DNA of 64,000 bases from an uncultured Pelagibacteraceae bacterium (GTDB lineage: Bacteria; Pseudomonadota; Alphaproteobacteria; Pelagibacterales; Pelagibacteraceae): assembly GCA_902515985.1 (NCBI GenBank), contig CABXWY010000002.1:91448-155447 (forward strand), given 5' to 3'. Every line of letters begins with the position of its first letter. The stretch's first letter is position 1. Positions 22,328 to 33,489 of this stretch are shown in pieces. A program made the position numbers and the translations under genes. The notes under the pieces are model-generated. The model was not told where the DNA came from and ran no database searches. It saw nothing but the letters and a program-made list of their open reading frames with translations.

Positions 22328-24984
22328 TGAGTAGCTTAATTTTAAACTTTAATTCAAAATCCACTAAAAAAATTAAAAATCCAAAAAATCTCCTCGGCGG
22401 GAAAGGAGCAAATCTCTCACAAATGGGAAGAATGGGTTTACCCGTTCCACCAGGATTTACAATTTCAACCAAGGTTTGCGATTTATTTTATAAAAACAAA
22501 AAACAACTGAATATAAAAATTATAAAAAAAATAAAAAAACATTTATCTAAAATTGAAAAAGAAACAGATAAAAAATTTGGAGATTTAAAAAATCCACTAT
22601 TAGTATCCGTTCGATCTGGAGCAAGAGTATCAATGCCAGGTATGATGGATACAATACTTAATCTTGGTTTGAATGATAAAACTGTTTTGGCTCTAGCTCA
22701 TAAGACTTCAAACAAAAGATTTGCTAAAGATAGCTACAGAAGATTTATTCAAATGTACTCTAATGTAGTTATGGGTGTGGATAGCTATAATTTTGAAGAA
22801 TTAATAGAAAATTACAAGTTAACCAAAGGTGTTTTGTTAGATACCGAACTTGATGAAAAAGACTGGGATGCTTTAATCGGTGATTTTAAAAATGTTGTAA
22901 AAGAAAAAACTAAAAAAGACTTTCCTCAGGATGTATATGAACAACTTAATGGAGCAATCTCTGCAGTTTTTTTATCATGGCAAAGCCATCGCGCAAAAGT
23001 TTATCGAAAAATAAACCTAATCCCAGATGATTGGGGAACAGCTGTAAATGTTCAATCCATGGTTTTTGGTAATATGGGAAATGATTGTGCTACAGGAGTA
23101 ATTTTTACAAGAGATCCTTCAAATGGAAAAAATGAAATTTACGGTGAATATTTAATCAATGCACAAGGAGAGGATGTTGTTGCAGGAACAAGAACACCTC
23201 AACATATTACAAAAAAAGCAAGAGTTGATGCTGGAACAAAACAACTTTCGATGGAAGAAACCATGCCAAAAGTTTTTAAACAACTTAAAAAAATATTATT
23301 TACTTTAGAAAAACATTATAAAGACATGCAAGACGTTGAATTCACTGTGGAAAGTAAAAAACTTTGGATGTTGCAAACTAGATCTGGAAAAAGAACCGCT
23401 AAGTCTGCTGTAAAAATTGCAGTAGATATGGTTAAAGAAAAGATGATTTCGAAAAAAGATGCAATTTTAAGAATTGACCCAAATTCATTAGATACACTTC
23501 TACATCCAACTTTAAACGAAAAAAGTGAAATAAAAGTTATAGCAAAAGGCTTACCAGCATCTCCTGGTGCAGTGAGTGGAAAAGTAGTTTTCTCATCTGA
23601 GGAGGCTGAAAGACTAAATGGCATGATGCAAAATACTATTTTAGTTAGAGTAGAAACATCACCAGAAGATATACATGGAATGCATGCTGCAAAAGGGATT
23701 TTAACATCTAGAGGAGGCATGACAAGTCATGCAGCAGTTGTTGCACGAGGCATGGGTAGACCATGTGTTTCTGGATCAAGTGAAATTAGTATAGATTACG
23801 AAAATAGATTATTTAAAGCTGGTGAAATTGAAGTAAAAGAAGGCGAAGTTGTTACAATTGATGGATCTACTGGAAGAATAATTCTTGGTGAGGTTAAAAC
23901 CGTAAAACCAGAAATATCAGGTGACTTTTCAAAATTAATGAGTTGGGCTGATAATTTTAGAAAACTAAAAGTAAGAACTAATTCAGAAACTCCAATTGAC
24001 ACAAAAACAGCAAGAGACTTTGGTGCCGAAGGTATTGGGCTTTGTAGAACTGAACACATGTTTTTTGACGAAGATAGAATTATGTCAGTTAGAGAAATGA
24101 TATTATCAAAAACTACAAATGATAGAAATAAAGCTTTAGCAAAGCTTTTACCTCATCAAAAAAAAGATTTTATAGAAATATTTAAAATAATGAATGGCCT
24201 ACCAGTTACTGTGAGACTTTTAGATCCTCCATTACATGAGTTTTTACCGAAAAATGAGAAAGAAATTAAAGATGTTTCTGATGCACTTGGACTAACGGTT
24301 ACGGACATTGAGTCACGAATAGGTGAATTGCATGAGCACAATCCAATGTTGGGGCATAGAGGATGCAGATTAGCAATCTCTTTTCCCGAGATTTACGAAA
24401 TGCAATGCAGAGCAATTTTTGAGGCTTTAATTGAATGTAAAAATAAAAAAATTAAGTCAATTATTCCAGAAATTATGATTCCTTTAGTTTCTACTGAAGC
24501 CGAAATAGAAATAATGAAAAATTTGGTTGATAGAGTTGCAGATAAAGTAAAAGAAGAAAATAAAACGAAAATAGATTATCTAGTTGGTACAATGATCGAA
24601 TTACCAAGAGCTGCAATAAAAGCTAAAGATATAGCTAAACATGCAGACTTTTTTAGTTTTGGAACCAATGATTTAACACAAACTACTTTCGGTATCAGTA
24701 GGGACGATAGTGGAAAATTTTTAAATGATTATATTGAAAATAAAATATTTGATATTGATCCATTTATATCAATTGATGAAGGTGTGGGTGATTTGATTGA
24801 AATTGCTACAATTAAAGGAAGAAAGCAAAACAAAAAACTAAAATTAGGTATTTGTGGAGAGCACGGTGGAGATCCAAAAAGTATCAATTTTTGCTCAGCC
24901 ACAGGTCTAAATTATGTATCATGTTCACCGTATAGAGTTCCTATTGCAAGGCTAGCAGCGGCACAAGCGCAGCTTAAAAAATAG
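22327..24984 (+). CDS. ppdK: Pyruvate, phosphate dikinase
   Basis: GGKGANL, GGMTSHAAVVARG, SFGTNDLTQ, CGEHGG. Confidence 0.98.
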   Translation: MSSLILNFNSKSTKKIKNPKNLLGGKGANLSQMGRMGLPVPPGFTISTKVCDLFYKNKKQLNIKIIKKIKKHLSKIEKETDKKFGDLKNPLLVSVRSGARVSMPGMMDTILNLGLNDKTVLALAHKTSNKRFAKDSYRRFIQMYSNVVMGVDSYNFEELIENYKLTKGVLLDTELDEKDWDALIGDFKNVVKEKTKKDFPQDVYEQLNGAISAVFLSWQSHRAKVYRKINLIPDDWGTAVNVQSMVFGNMGNDCATGVIFTRDPSNGKNEIYGEYLINAQGEDVVAGTRTPQHITKKARVDAGTKQLSMEETMPKVFKQLKKILFTLEKHYKDMQDVEFTVESKKLWMLQTRSGKRTAKSAVKIAVDMVKEKMISKKDAILRIDPNSLDTLLHPTLNEKSEIKVIAKGLPASPGAVSGKVVFSSEEAERLNGMMQNTILVRVETSPEDIHGMHAAKGILTSRGGMTSHAAVVARGMGRPCVSGSSEISIDYENRLFKAGEIEVKEGEVVTIDGSTGRIILGEVKTVKPEISGDFSKLMSWADNFRKLKVRTNSETPIDTKTARDFGAEGIGLCRTEHMFFDEDRIMSVREMILSKTTNDRNKALAKLLPHQKKDFIEIFKIMNGLPVTVRLLDPPLHEFLPKNEKEIKDVSDALGLTVTDIESRIGELHEHNPMLGHRGCRLAISFPEIYEMQCRAIFEALIECKNKKIKSIIPEIMIPLVSTEAEIEIMKNLVDRVADKVKEENKTKIDYLVGTMIELPRAAIKAKDIAKHADFFSFGTNDLTQTTFGISRDDSGKFLNDYIENKIFDIDPFISIDEGVGDLIEIATIKGRKQNKKLKLGICGEHGGDPKSINFCSATGLNYVSCSPYRVPIARLAAAQAQLKK

Positions 24985-24987
24985 AAA

Positions 24988-25815
24988 TCAAATTTCTAAT
25001 TTTAAATCAATTGCAGAGACGCTGTGAGTTAAACGTCCAATAGAAATTCTATTTACACCAGTTGAAGCTATTTTTTTTAAATTTTTTAAATTAACATTTC
25101 CAGATGCCTCAGTTTCGCATTTATTCTGAACTAGCTGAACACCCTTTTTTAGATTTTTGATATTCATATTATCAAATAAAACAGTATCAAATTTTAAATC
25201 TAATATTTTTTTCAATTGACTTAAGTTGTCAACTTCTACTGTAATTTTTTTTCTATTTTTTTTTGCATCAGTAATTAGTTTTCTTATATTTGAATTAACA
25301 ATATGATTATCTTTAATTAAGTATTCGTCACTTAAATTAAAACGATGATTATAACCACCACCTAGGTTAACAGCATATTTTTGAATAGCTCTAAGACCTG
25401 GTATAGTTTTTCTTGTACAGCAAATTTTTGTTTTTTTTCCAACTTTTCTAACAAAGTTATTTGTTTTTGTAGCTATGCCCGAAACATGAGATAAAAAATT
25501 TAGGGCCACTCTTTCACCAGTTAATATATTTTTAATGTTACCTTGGATTTCTGCAATCACTTGTTTTTTTTTAATTTTTGAACCTTCTTTTTTTTTAATA
25601 TTAAATAATATTTTTTTATCGAGTATTTTGAAAGTTTGCTTAGCTAATTCTAAACCTCCAATGATACCACTAGTATTTGATATTATTTTTGCATTAATTT
25701 TTTTGGTATTCTTTAGTAGGTTAGAAGTTATATCTCCAGAGGGATATAGATCCTCTTTTAAAGCATCTTTGCAAATTTTGTAGATATATTTTTTTGATAA
25801 TTTTATTTTAGACAC
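24988..25815 (-). CDS. nadC: Quinolinate phosphoribosyltransferase
   Basis: TRKTIPG, HRFNLSD, IKDNH, EASG. Confidence 0.95.
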   Translation of the reverse strand: MSKIKLSKKYIYKICKDALKEDLYPSGDITSNLLKNTKKINAKIISNTSGIIGGLELAKQTFKILDKKILFNIKKKEGSKIKKKQVIAEIQGNIKNILTGERVALNFLSHVSGIATKTNNFVRKVGKKTKICCTRKTIPGLRAIQKYAVNLGGGYNHRFNLSDEYLIKDNHIVNSNIRKLITDAKKNRKKITVEVDNLSQLKKILDLKFDTVLFDNMNIKNLKKGVQLVQNKCETEASGNVNLKNLKKIASTGVNRISIGRLTHSVSAIDLKLEI

Positions 25816-25820
25816 AGAAT

Positions 25821-26810
25821 TTATCTGCCAATCTCTGCCATTCTCTCTACCGATTTTCTAGCTTTTTCAATTGTTTCTTTGCTCATAACAATTTCATTTG
25901 TCTCATTTTCAAGACAATCTAAAATTTTAGGTAGAGTTATTCTTTTCATGTGAGGACATAAGTTACATGGTCTTATAAATTGAACGTTAGGATTATCAAT
26001 TTGAACATTATCACTCATAGAGCACTCAGTAACCATCATTACTTTTTCTGGCTGATTATCTTTAACATATTTAATCATACCACTTGTTGAACCTGCAAAA
26101 TCACTTGCATTAATAACATCTGGTGGGCATTCTGGGTGAGCTATAATTTTAATACCAGGATTATTTTTTCTAATTTCATTTATTTCTTCATCATTAAATT
26201 GTTCATGAACTTCACAAGTACCTTTCCAAGAAATTATTTCCACATCTGTTTGAGACGCTACATACTTTGCAAGATAATCATCAGGAAGAAAGATTACTTT
26301 TTTAACGCTTAAAGAATTTACAATTTTTACAGCATTAGCTGATGTACAACAAACATCAGTTTCTGCTTTAACATCAGCAGAAGTGTTTACATAAGAAACA
26401 ACTGGTACACCTGGATATTTTTTTTTAAGATTTCTGACATCTTTACCAGTGATAGATGAAGATAAAGAACAACCAGCCCTCATATCAGGTAAGAAAACTT
26501 TTTTTTCAGGACTCATTAATTTTGCAGTCTCAGCCATGAAATGTACTCCACACATTATTATCTTATCAGCTTTCGTTTTTGCAGCCTCAACTGCAAGCGC
26601 AAGAGAGTCAGCTGAAAAATCAGAGATGCCATGATAAATTTCTGGAGTTTGATAGTTATGCGCAAGTATTACAGCGTTCTTTTCTTTTTTTAGTTTATTA
26701 ATTTTGTAGATGTATGGCGCGTGCACAGCCCACTCAATTTCAGGCATCGCCTTAGAAATTTTCCTATAAATTGGGTCAGTTGCTTTTTTTATCTCTTGAT
26801 TAAGTTCCAT
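25821..26810 (-). CDS. nadA: Quinolinate synthase
   Basis: AHNYQ, CGVHFMAE, YVNTS, HPEC, CPHMK. Confidence 0.96.
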   Translation of the reverse strand: MELNQEIKKATDPIYRKISKAMPEIEWAVHAPYIYKINKLKKEKNAVILAHNYQTPEIYHGISDFSADSLALAVEAAKTKADKIIMCGVHFMAETAKLMSPEKKVFLPDMRAGCSLSSSITGKDVRNLKKKYPGVPVVSYVNTSADVKAETDVCCTSANAVKIVNSLSVKKVIFLPDDYLAKYVASQTDVEIISWKGTCEVHEQFNDEEINEIRKNNPGIKIIAHPECPPDVINASDFAGSTSGMIKYVKDNQPEKVMMVTECSMSDNVQIDNPNVQFIRPCNLCPHMKRITLPKILDCLENETNEIVMSKETIEKARKSVERMAEIGR

Positions 26811-26829
26811 ATTAATTAAATCTATCAAC

Positions 26830-26858
26830 TTGAAAGATAATTGTCATTCACTTATTCT
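26830..26858 (+). promoter_or_regulatory. Sigma70 promoter of tRNA-Leu
   Basis: TTGAAA-N17-TATTCT followed by GC-rich GCCGC. Confidence 0.55.
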
Positions 26859-26869
26859 GCCGCATAAAA

Positions 26870-26955
26870 GCGGCCATGCTGAAATTGGTAGACAGGCACG
26901 GTTGAGGGCCGTGTGAGCCTAGCTCATGAGAGTTCGAGTCTCTCTGGCCGCACCA
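26870..26955 (+). tRNA. tRNA-Leu(GAG)
   Basis: GCGGCCA/TGGCCGC acceptor + ACCA, anticodon arm CACGG-TTGAGGG-CCGTG, long variable arm. Confidence 0.95.
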
Positions 26956-26956
26956 T

Positions 26957-27844
26957 TTATTTTAACCAATTGGGCTTTAGAATTTTAATTTTTGCAGTAC
27001 CACAACTAAAATTTTCACTAATTTTGATATCATTATCTTTAAATTTAATAAGACCAAAAGGATAGCTCTGATCAATCAGTACATTTCCAAATACTTTATT
27101 ATTTTGTTTGATTTCATCATTCATTTTTATTTTGCCCTCTAAAACTTTAATCGGAAATAATTTTTTGGATTGTTTATTTTTTAATTTAATTCTTGCAGTA
27201 TTTTCTTGTCCTACGTAACATCCTTTTTTAAAATCAAGACCATTAAGATCTTCAAAATTACATTCAATACCAAATAATTTATTTTGTAATTTTTGCGTAT
27301 CTATCTGTGGTATTCCAATATTGAAACTATGATCATAATATTCCTTAATATTTGATGACTTTAAGTTGAGCTTTTTAATTGAAAGATAAAGTTTTTCCAA
27401 ATTTATTATAATTCTTCCTCCAAGATCAGTGTTTCTTGGATCTAAGAATATAGGATCAGATCGATACTTAATGGTATTTCCAACAGAATCTTTTGCATTC
27501 TCAAAAGATAAAAACTTTTCCTTACTAATTGCGGCAACTACAAATTCATTGCTTAAGTTTAATATTTCAATTTTTGATCTCAATTTATACAGTTCTAACT
27601 TTTTAAATAGTTCATCAATTACTTTTTTTTCACAATCAATAAAATATCCCTCTTTGTGTTTGATTATTATAAAATCAAATAAATATTTCCCTTGTGGAGT
27701 TAGCAATGAAGCAAAACAACTATTGTTTTCTGATACTTTATTAAGATCATTGGAAATCAAATTCTGTAGAAATTCAAAACAGTCATCACCATTGATATAA
27801 AGGACTCCACGATCTTCTAAAATATAAACTTTATCCACATTCAT
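26957..27844 (-). CDS. ygfZ: Folate-binding Fe-S repair protein YgfZ
   Basis: KGCYVGQE signature, LLTPQGK. Confidence 0.93.
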   Translation of the reverse strand: MNVDKVYILEDRGVLYINGDDCFEFLQNLISNDLNKVSENNSCFASLLTPQGKYLFDFIIIKHKEGYFIDCEKKVIDELFKKLELYKLRSKIEILNLSNEFVVAAISKEKFLSFENAKDSVGNTIKYRSDPIFLDPRNTDLGGRIIINLEKLYLSIKKLNLKSSNIKEYYDHSFNIGIPQIDTQKLQNKLFGIECNFEDLNGLDFKKGCYVGQENTARIKLKNKQSKKLFPIKVLEGKIKMNDEIKQNNKVFGNVLIDQSYPFGLIKFKDNDIKISENFSCGTAKIKILKPNWLK

Positions 27845-27887
27845 AATTGATTATTAGTTTACATTAATATAATTACTATTTCTGAAA

Positions 27888-29198
27888 ATGTTAGATCTTA
27901 TAATAAAAAATGGCATATGTTTTATAGATGGTAAACTTCAAAAAAAGGATATTGCAGTAAAAGACGCCAAAATCAAACAGATTGAAGATAAAATATCGGA
28001 AGATGCTAAAGAAATTTACAATGTAAAAGATTTAATGGTTTTACCAGGGTGCATGGATACACAAGTACACTTTAGAGAGCCAGGCTCAACAGACGCAGAA
28101 GATTTATACACAGGAAGTAGAGCTGCTGTAGTAGGAGGTATTACAAGTGTATTTGAAATGCCTAATACAAATCCACCAACAACATCAGCAAAAGAATTTA
28201 AAAACAAATTAAATTTAGCAAAAAATAGAATGTTTTGTAATTATGCATTTTATTTTGGTGCTACTCCAGATAATTCAGAAGAACTTGCAAATCTAAAAAG
28301 TTTAGAAGGTTGTTGCGGTGTAAAATTATTTGCTGGTTCCTCTACTGGTACTTTATTAGTGCACAAAGAAGAGGATATAGAAAAAGTTTTTAAACATACT
28401 TCCAAGGTTGTTGCTGTTCACTCTGAAGATGAAGATGTACTTAACCAAAGAAAAAAATTTAGGGTTAAAGGAGATGTAAAAAGTCATCCAGTTTGGAGAA
28501 ATGAGGAATGCGCAATGTCTTCGACACGAAGAATTGTAAAGATTGCAATTAGATTGAATAAAAATGCACATATACTTCATGTAACAACGAAAGAAGAGGT
28601 TGATTTTTTGTCTCAAAATAAAGGGAACATTACATTTGAAATTACTCCACAACATCTAACAATTTATGCACCAGATTGTTATGAAGAATTAGGATCATTT
28701 GCACAAATGAATCCACCAATCAGAGATAAATCACATTATGACCGTCTATGGTATGCTATAAGAAACAATTACAATGATACGATTGGTTCAGATCATGCGC
28801 CACATCTTGCTGAAAATAAAAAAAAAGAATATCCAGAATCTCCTTCAGGGATGCCAGGAGTACAAACTTTGTTACCAGTGATGTTAAATCACATAAATGA
28901 TGGAAAATTAAAATTAGAACAGTTAATTAAGTTATTATGTGAAAATCCTGTTAAAATTTTCGGTATTCAGAACAAAGGTTTCATAAAAAAAGATTTCGAT
29001 GCAGATTTCACCGTTGTTGATATGAACAAAGAAATTGAGATCAAAAATGAAAAGATTGAAAGCAAATGTAAATGGTCGCCTTTTGATGGTAAAAAATTCA
29101 AAGGTTGTCCAGTTTCAACAATAATTGGTGGTAAAATTAAAGTTAAAAATGGTGAAATCCTTGGAGATGCTGAGGGTAAACCAATTGTATTTGATTAA
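27888..29198 (+). CDS. pyrC: Dihydroorotase
   Basis: QVHFREPG, EMPNTNP, MNPPIR, SDHAPH. Confidence 0.9.
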   Translation: MLDLIIKNGICFIDGKLQKKDIAVKDAKIKQIEDKISEDAKEIYNVKDLMVLPGCMDTQVHFREPGSTDAEDLYTGSRAAVVGGITSVFEMPNTNPPTTSAKEFKNKLNLAKNRMFCNYAFYFGATPDNSEELANLKSLEGCCGVKLFAGSSTGTLLVHKEEDIEKVFKHTSKVVAVHSEDEDVLNQRKKFRVKGDVKSHPVWRNEECAMSSTRRIVKIAIRLNKNAHILHVTTKEEVDFLSQNKGNITFEITPQHLTIYAPDCYEELGSFAQMNPPIRDKSHYDRLWYAIRNNYNDTIGSDHAPHLAENKKKEYPESPSGMPGVQTLLPVMLNHINDGKLKLEQLIKLLCENPVKIFGIQNKGFIKKDFDADFTVVDMNKEIEIKNEKIESKCKWSPFDGKKFKGCPVSTIIGGKIKVKNGEILGDAEGKPIVFD

Positions 29199-29200
29199 AA

Positions 29201-31099
29201 TTATATTTTGAGAATTTTGCTTTTAATGAGATCATCTTTGATTTCATCTAAAATAGCTGGGTCATCAATTGTTGCTGGCATTTTATACTCCTCTTTATCT
29301 GCTATCTTTCTAATGGTTCCTCTTAAAACCTTGCCAGATCTTGTTTTTGGAAGTCTTTTAACTACCAATGTAGTTTTAAAAGCTGCAACTGGACCAACTT
29401 TATTTCTTACCATCTGTACACACTCTTTAGAGATCATATCATTATCCTTTGTTACTCCCGCCTTTAAAGCTATTAATCCAATTGGCAGTTGTCCTTTTAA
29501 TTGATCTTTAATTCCAATCACTGCACATTCAGCAACTGACTGATGTTCTGATAAAACTTCTTCTATTGCTCCAGTTGATAATCTATGGCCTGCAACATTA
29601 ATTATATCGTCTGTTCTTGACATAATCCAAATATATCCATCATCATCTATGTGGCCCGCGTCATAAGTTTGATAGTATCCTTTATAGTTAGTCATATAAT
29701 TTTCTTCATATCTTTTATCTGCATTCCACAACGTCGGAAAAGTTCCAGGAGGTAGGGGAAGTTTTACAACTATATCTCCCATCTCATTTGGTTTTGCTAA
29801 TGATTGATCTGGTTTAATTACTTTTACATCGTAACCAGGAACAGCTTTACATGCTGAACCGTATTTTGTTTTCATCATTTCTATTCCTGTACAATTTGAA
29901 CTAATTGCCCAACTTGTTTCAGTTTGCCACCAATGATCTATTACTGGAACTTTTAAAAGGGACTCTGCCCATTTAATGGTATCTGGATCTGCTCTTTCAC
30001 CAGCTAAAAAAAGAGCTTCAAATTTACTTAGATCATACTTAGAAAAAAATTTTCCATCCGGATCTTCTTTTTTTATAGCTCTGAAAGCTGTAGGTGCAGT
30101 AAAAAGTGATTTAACTTTGTATTCAGAAATAATCTTCCAAAAGGCACCTGCGTCAGGAGTGCCCACTGGTTTGCCCTCGAATAATACTGTTGTGCATCCT
30201 TTAAATAAAGGAGCATAAACAATATAGGAGTGTCCTACAATCCACCCTATGTCACTTGCTGACCACCAGACATCATCCGGGTCTATATTGTAAATATTCT
30301 TCATTGTCCATTTTAGAGCCACAATATGTCCACCAATATCTCTTACTATACCTTTTGGGATGCCTGTAGTTCCCGATGTATAAAGTATATAAGCAAAATC
30401 ATTAGAATTCATTTCAACACAATCGACCTCTTGTGCATTTGATAATGCTTCCTCCCAACTTATTTCATTAGGTGCATTTAATTTGACTTCACGACCATGC
30501 CTTTGAAATAAAATTGTTTTACTTGGTTTGTGATTGGCAAGCTTAAGCGCTTCATCAACTAATGGTTTATACTCAACTGTTCTTCCTGGTTCAAAACCAC
30601 ATGATGCCGTTACCAAAAGTTTAGCTTTACTGTCATCAATTCTGCTTGCAAGTTCATTTGAAGCAAAACCGCCAAAGACAACGGAGTGAATTGCTCCGAT
30701 CCTGCCACAAGCAAGCATAGCTACCACTGCCTCAGGTATCATTGGCATATAAATTATTACCCTATCGCCCTTATCAACGCCCTGATTTCTCAAAGCTCCA
30801 GCAAATTTAGACACCTTAGTTCTTAACTCTTTGTAGCTAAATTGTTTTTTGTTTCCTGTTATCGGACTATCGTAAATTAAAGCTGTTTTATCTCCTCTAC
30901 CTTGATCTATATGAACATCTAATGCGTTGTAACAGGTGTTTGTAACCCCATCATTGAACCATTTATAGAATGGAGGGTTATCTTTGTTTAATATTTTTGT
31001 TGGTTTTTTAAACCAAAACACATCTTCAGATATTTTTTTCCAAAATTCTTCAGGATTTTTAAGAGATTCATCATAAATGTTATTAAAATTTGAACTCAT
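29201..31099 (-). CDS. prpE: Propionyl-CoA synthetase (PrpE/AcsA family)
   Basis: YTSGTTGIPKG, DHWWQTET, LPKTRSGK. Confidence 0.85.
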   Translation of the reverse strand: MSSNFNNIYDESLKNPEEFWKKISEDVFWFKKPTKILNKDNPPFYKWFNDGVTNTCYNALDVHIDQGRGDKTALIYDSPITGNKKQFSYKELRTKVSKFAGALRNQGVDKGDRVIIYMPMIPEAVVAMLACGRIGAIHSVVFGGFASNELASRIDDSKAKLLVTASCGFEPGRTVEYKPLVDEALKLANHKPSKTILFQRHGREVKLNAPNEISWEEALSNAQEVDCVEMNSNDFAYILYTSGTTGIPKGIVRDIGGHIVALKWTMKNIYNIDPDDVWWSASDIGWIVGHSYIVYAPLFKGCTTVLFEGKPVGTPDAGAFWKIISEYKVKSLFTAPTAFRAIKKEDPDGKFFSKYDLSKFEALFLAGERADPDTIKWAESLLKVPVIDHWWQTETSWAISSNCTGIEMMKTKYGSACKAVPGYDVKVIKPDQSLAKPNEMGDIVVKLPLPPGTFPTLWNADKRYEENYMTNYKGYYQTYDAGHIDDDGYIWIMSRTDDIINVAGHRLSTGAIEEVLSEHQSVAECAVIGIKDQLKGQLPIGLIALKAGVTKDNDMISKECVQMVRNKVGPVAAFKTTLVVKRLPKTRSGKVLRGTIRKIADKEEYKMPATIDDPAILDEIKDDLIKSKILKI

Positions 31100-31301
31100 G
31101 TATCTGACTCGATTTTATTAGTTTTTTGATATCTAGGTTGTATTAAATTTCAAAAACTCAGTAAAATCAATACTTATTAAAGGTAAAAAAGTCTTCTATT
31201 AACTATTTTTATTTGATAATTAACCCATTAACTTAGCAGTAAGTCAAATTACTGCTGTAGTTTATATAAACTATAAAAACTAACTAATGAGGGAGTTTTT
31301 T

Positions 31302-32072
31302 ATGAAAAAACTTAAAACGCTAGCAATAGCTTTATTTGCTCTAGTAGGAGCAACTACAGCGGCTAACGCAGCAACAGCCTTTTTAGCTACGGATGATTTC
31401 GTTGGTATTTCATTCTGGTTAATTTCAATGGGTATGTTGGCAGCTACAGCGTTTTTCTTTATGGAGCAAGCTAATGTTAGCACTCAGTGGAGAAAATCAG
31501 TAAACGTAGCTGGATTAGTAACTGGTATAGCATTTATTCATTATATGTATATGAGAGCAGTATGGGTTGAAACAGGTGATACTCCAACTGTTTACAGATA
31601 TATTGACTGGTTAATTACTGTACCGCTACAGTTAATAGAATTTTATTTAATTCTAGCTGCAGTTAAGAAAGTTCCAACTGGAATATTCTGGAGAATCTTA
31701 ATCGGTTCACTAGTAATGTTAGTAGGTGGATATATGGGAGAAGCTGGATTCATCAACCCAATGCTTGGTTTTATAATCGGTATGGCTGGATGGATTTACA
31801 TCTTATATGAAATATTTTCAGGAGAAGCAGGAAAAGTTGTTGCTAAATCTGGAAATAAATCACTTGCAACAGCATTTGGTGCTTTAAGAATGATCGTTAC
31901 AGTAGGTTGGGCAATTTACCCACTAGGTTACGTATTTGGTTACCTAACAGGTGGTATTGATGCTAACTCACTTAACGTGATTTACAACTTAGCAGACTTT
32001 GTTAATAAGATCGCTTTCGGTATTATTATCTGGTCTTGTGCAGTTGCGAACTCTGGAAGAGCAAGAGCATAG
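31302..32072 (+). CDS. Proteorhodopsin (blue-absorbing type)
   Basis: RYIDWLITVPLQLIEF (D97/T101/Q105/E108), H75, retinal Lys in DFVNK; SD-like GAGGGAG before ATG 31302. Confidence 0.97.
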   Translation: MKKLKTLAIALFALVGATTAANAATAFLATDDFVGISFWLISMGMLAATAFFFMEQANVSTQWRKSVNVAGLVTGIAFIHYMYMRAVWVETGDTPTVYRYIDWLITVPLQLIEFYLILAAVKKVPTGIFWRILIGSLVMLVGGYMGEAGFINPMLGFIIGMAGWIYILYEIFSGEAGKVVAKSGNKSLATAFGALRMIVTVGWAIYPLGYVFGYLTGGIDANSLNVIYNLADFVNKIAFGIIIWSCAVANSGRARA

Positions 32073-32086
32073 TTCTTTAAGAGTAA

Positions 32087-32469
<383 letters not shown>

Positions 32470-32470
<1 letters not shown>

Positions 32471-33489
32471 TGATTAAAACAGATGCATTAATTGTTGGAG
32501 CAGGGCCCACAGGTTTATTCACTGCACATCAATTAAAATTAATTGGTCTTGGTTGTGAGATTGTCGACAACCTCGACAAGATTGGGGGACAGTGTATCGA
32601 ATTATATCCTGATAAACCTATCTACGACATCCCAGCAATACCAGAATGTACAGGAGAAGAATTAACACAAAATCTTTTAGATCAATTAAAACCTTTTAAT
32701 ATCAAGTTTCATTTAAGTGAAAGAGTGGATGAATTGAAACAAGTTAATAATAAATGGAAAGTAAAAACGAATAAAGGTACAGAATTTGAAACGCCAAACA
32801 TAATAATTGCAGGAGGTGTTGGATCTTTCGAGCCTAGAAAATTTTCACCTAAAGAATGTGAAAAATTTGAAAATAAAACTATTTTATATTCAATAAAGGA
32901 TAAGAAAATTTTTCATGGAAAAACAGTATCTATTTTTGGTGGAGGCGATAGCGCACTAGACTGGGCATTAGAGTTATCTAAAAACTCTAAAGTTAATTTA
33001 ATCCACAGAAGAGACGAATTTAAAGCAGCCCAAGCAACAGTTGATAAAGTCAAAGAACTTTCAAATGCTGGAAAGATTAATTTAATAACTAATTCTCAGC
33101 TTAAAACTGTAAATGGCAACGGTGAACTTGAGGAAATTGAAATTGAGAATGATAATAAAGAGACAAAAAAACTTAAATCTGATTATGCTTTAGGGTTTTT
33201 TGGTCTAATAATGCAATTAGGTCCAATTGCAAATTGGGGGCTTAATTTAAATAAAAAAACTATAGAAGTAGATACTGAGAAGTTTGAGACCAACCAAAAA
33301 GGTATATATGCAGTTGGGGATATTTGTAATTATCCTGGCAAACTAAAATTAATTTTGTCTGGATTTCATGAAGGTGCACTTGCAGCAAGAGCATGCTTTA
33401 AATTAGCAAGACCTAATGAAAAATATAGATTTGAATTCACCACATCATCAAAAACAATTAAAAATAGACTTGGCGTAAAAAGTGATTGA
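32470..33489 (+). CDS. Ferredoxin-NADP reductase (TrxB-like)
   Basis: GAGPTG, LYPDKPIYDIP, GGGDSALDW; no CxxC. Confidence 0.88.

Noticed and set aside
10160-26955. tRNA genes as island integration sites
   Set aside because: Both are flanked directly by housekeeping-type genes, with no duplicated 3' ends or integrase seen.
27831-27839. Perfect DnaA box TTATCCACA
   Set aside because: A single copy inside ygfZ coding sequence with no cluster; neither this nor the 41659 box supports an oriC call.
31760-31800. Carotenoid-antenna (fenestrated) proteorhodopsin
   Set aside because: By eye, the aligned position in LGFIIGMAGW is Phe rather than Gly.
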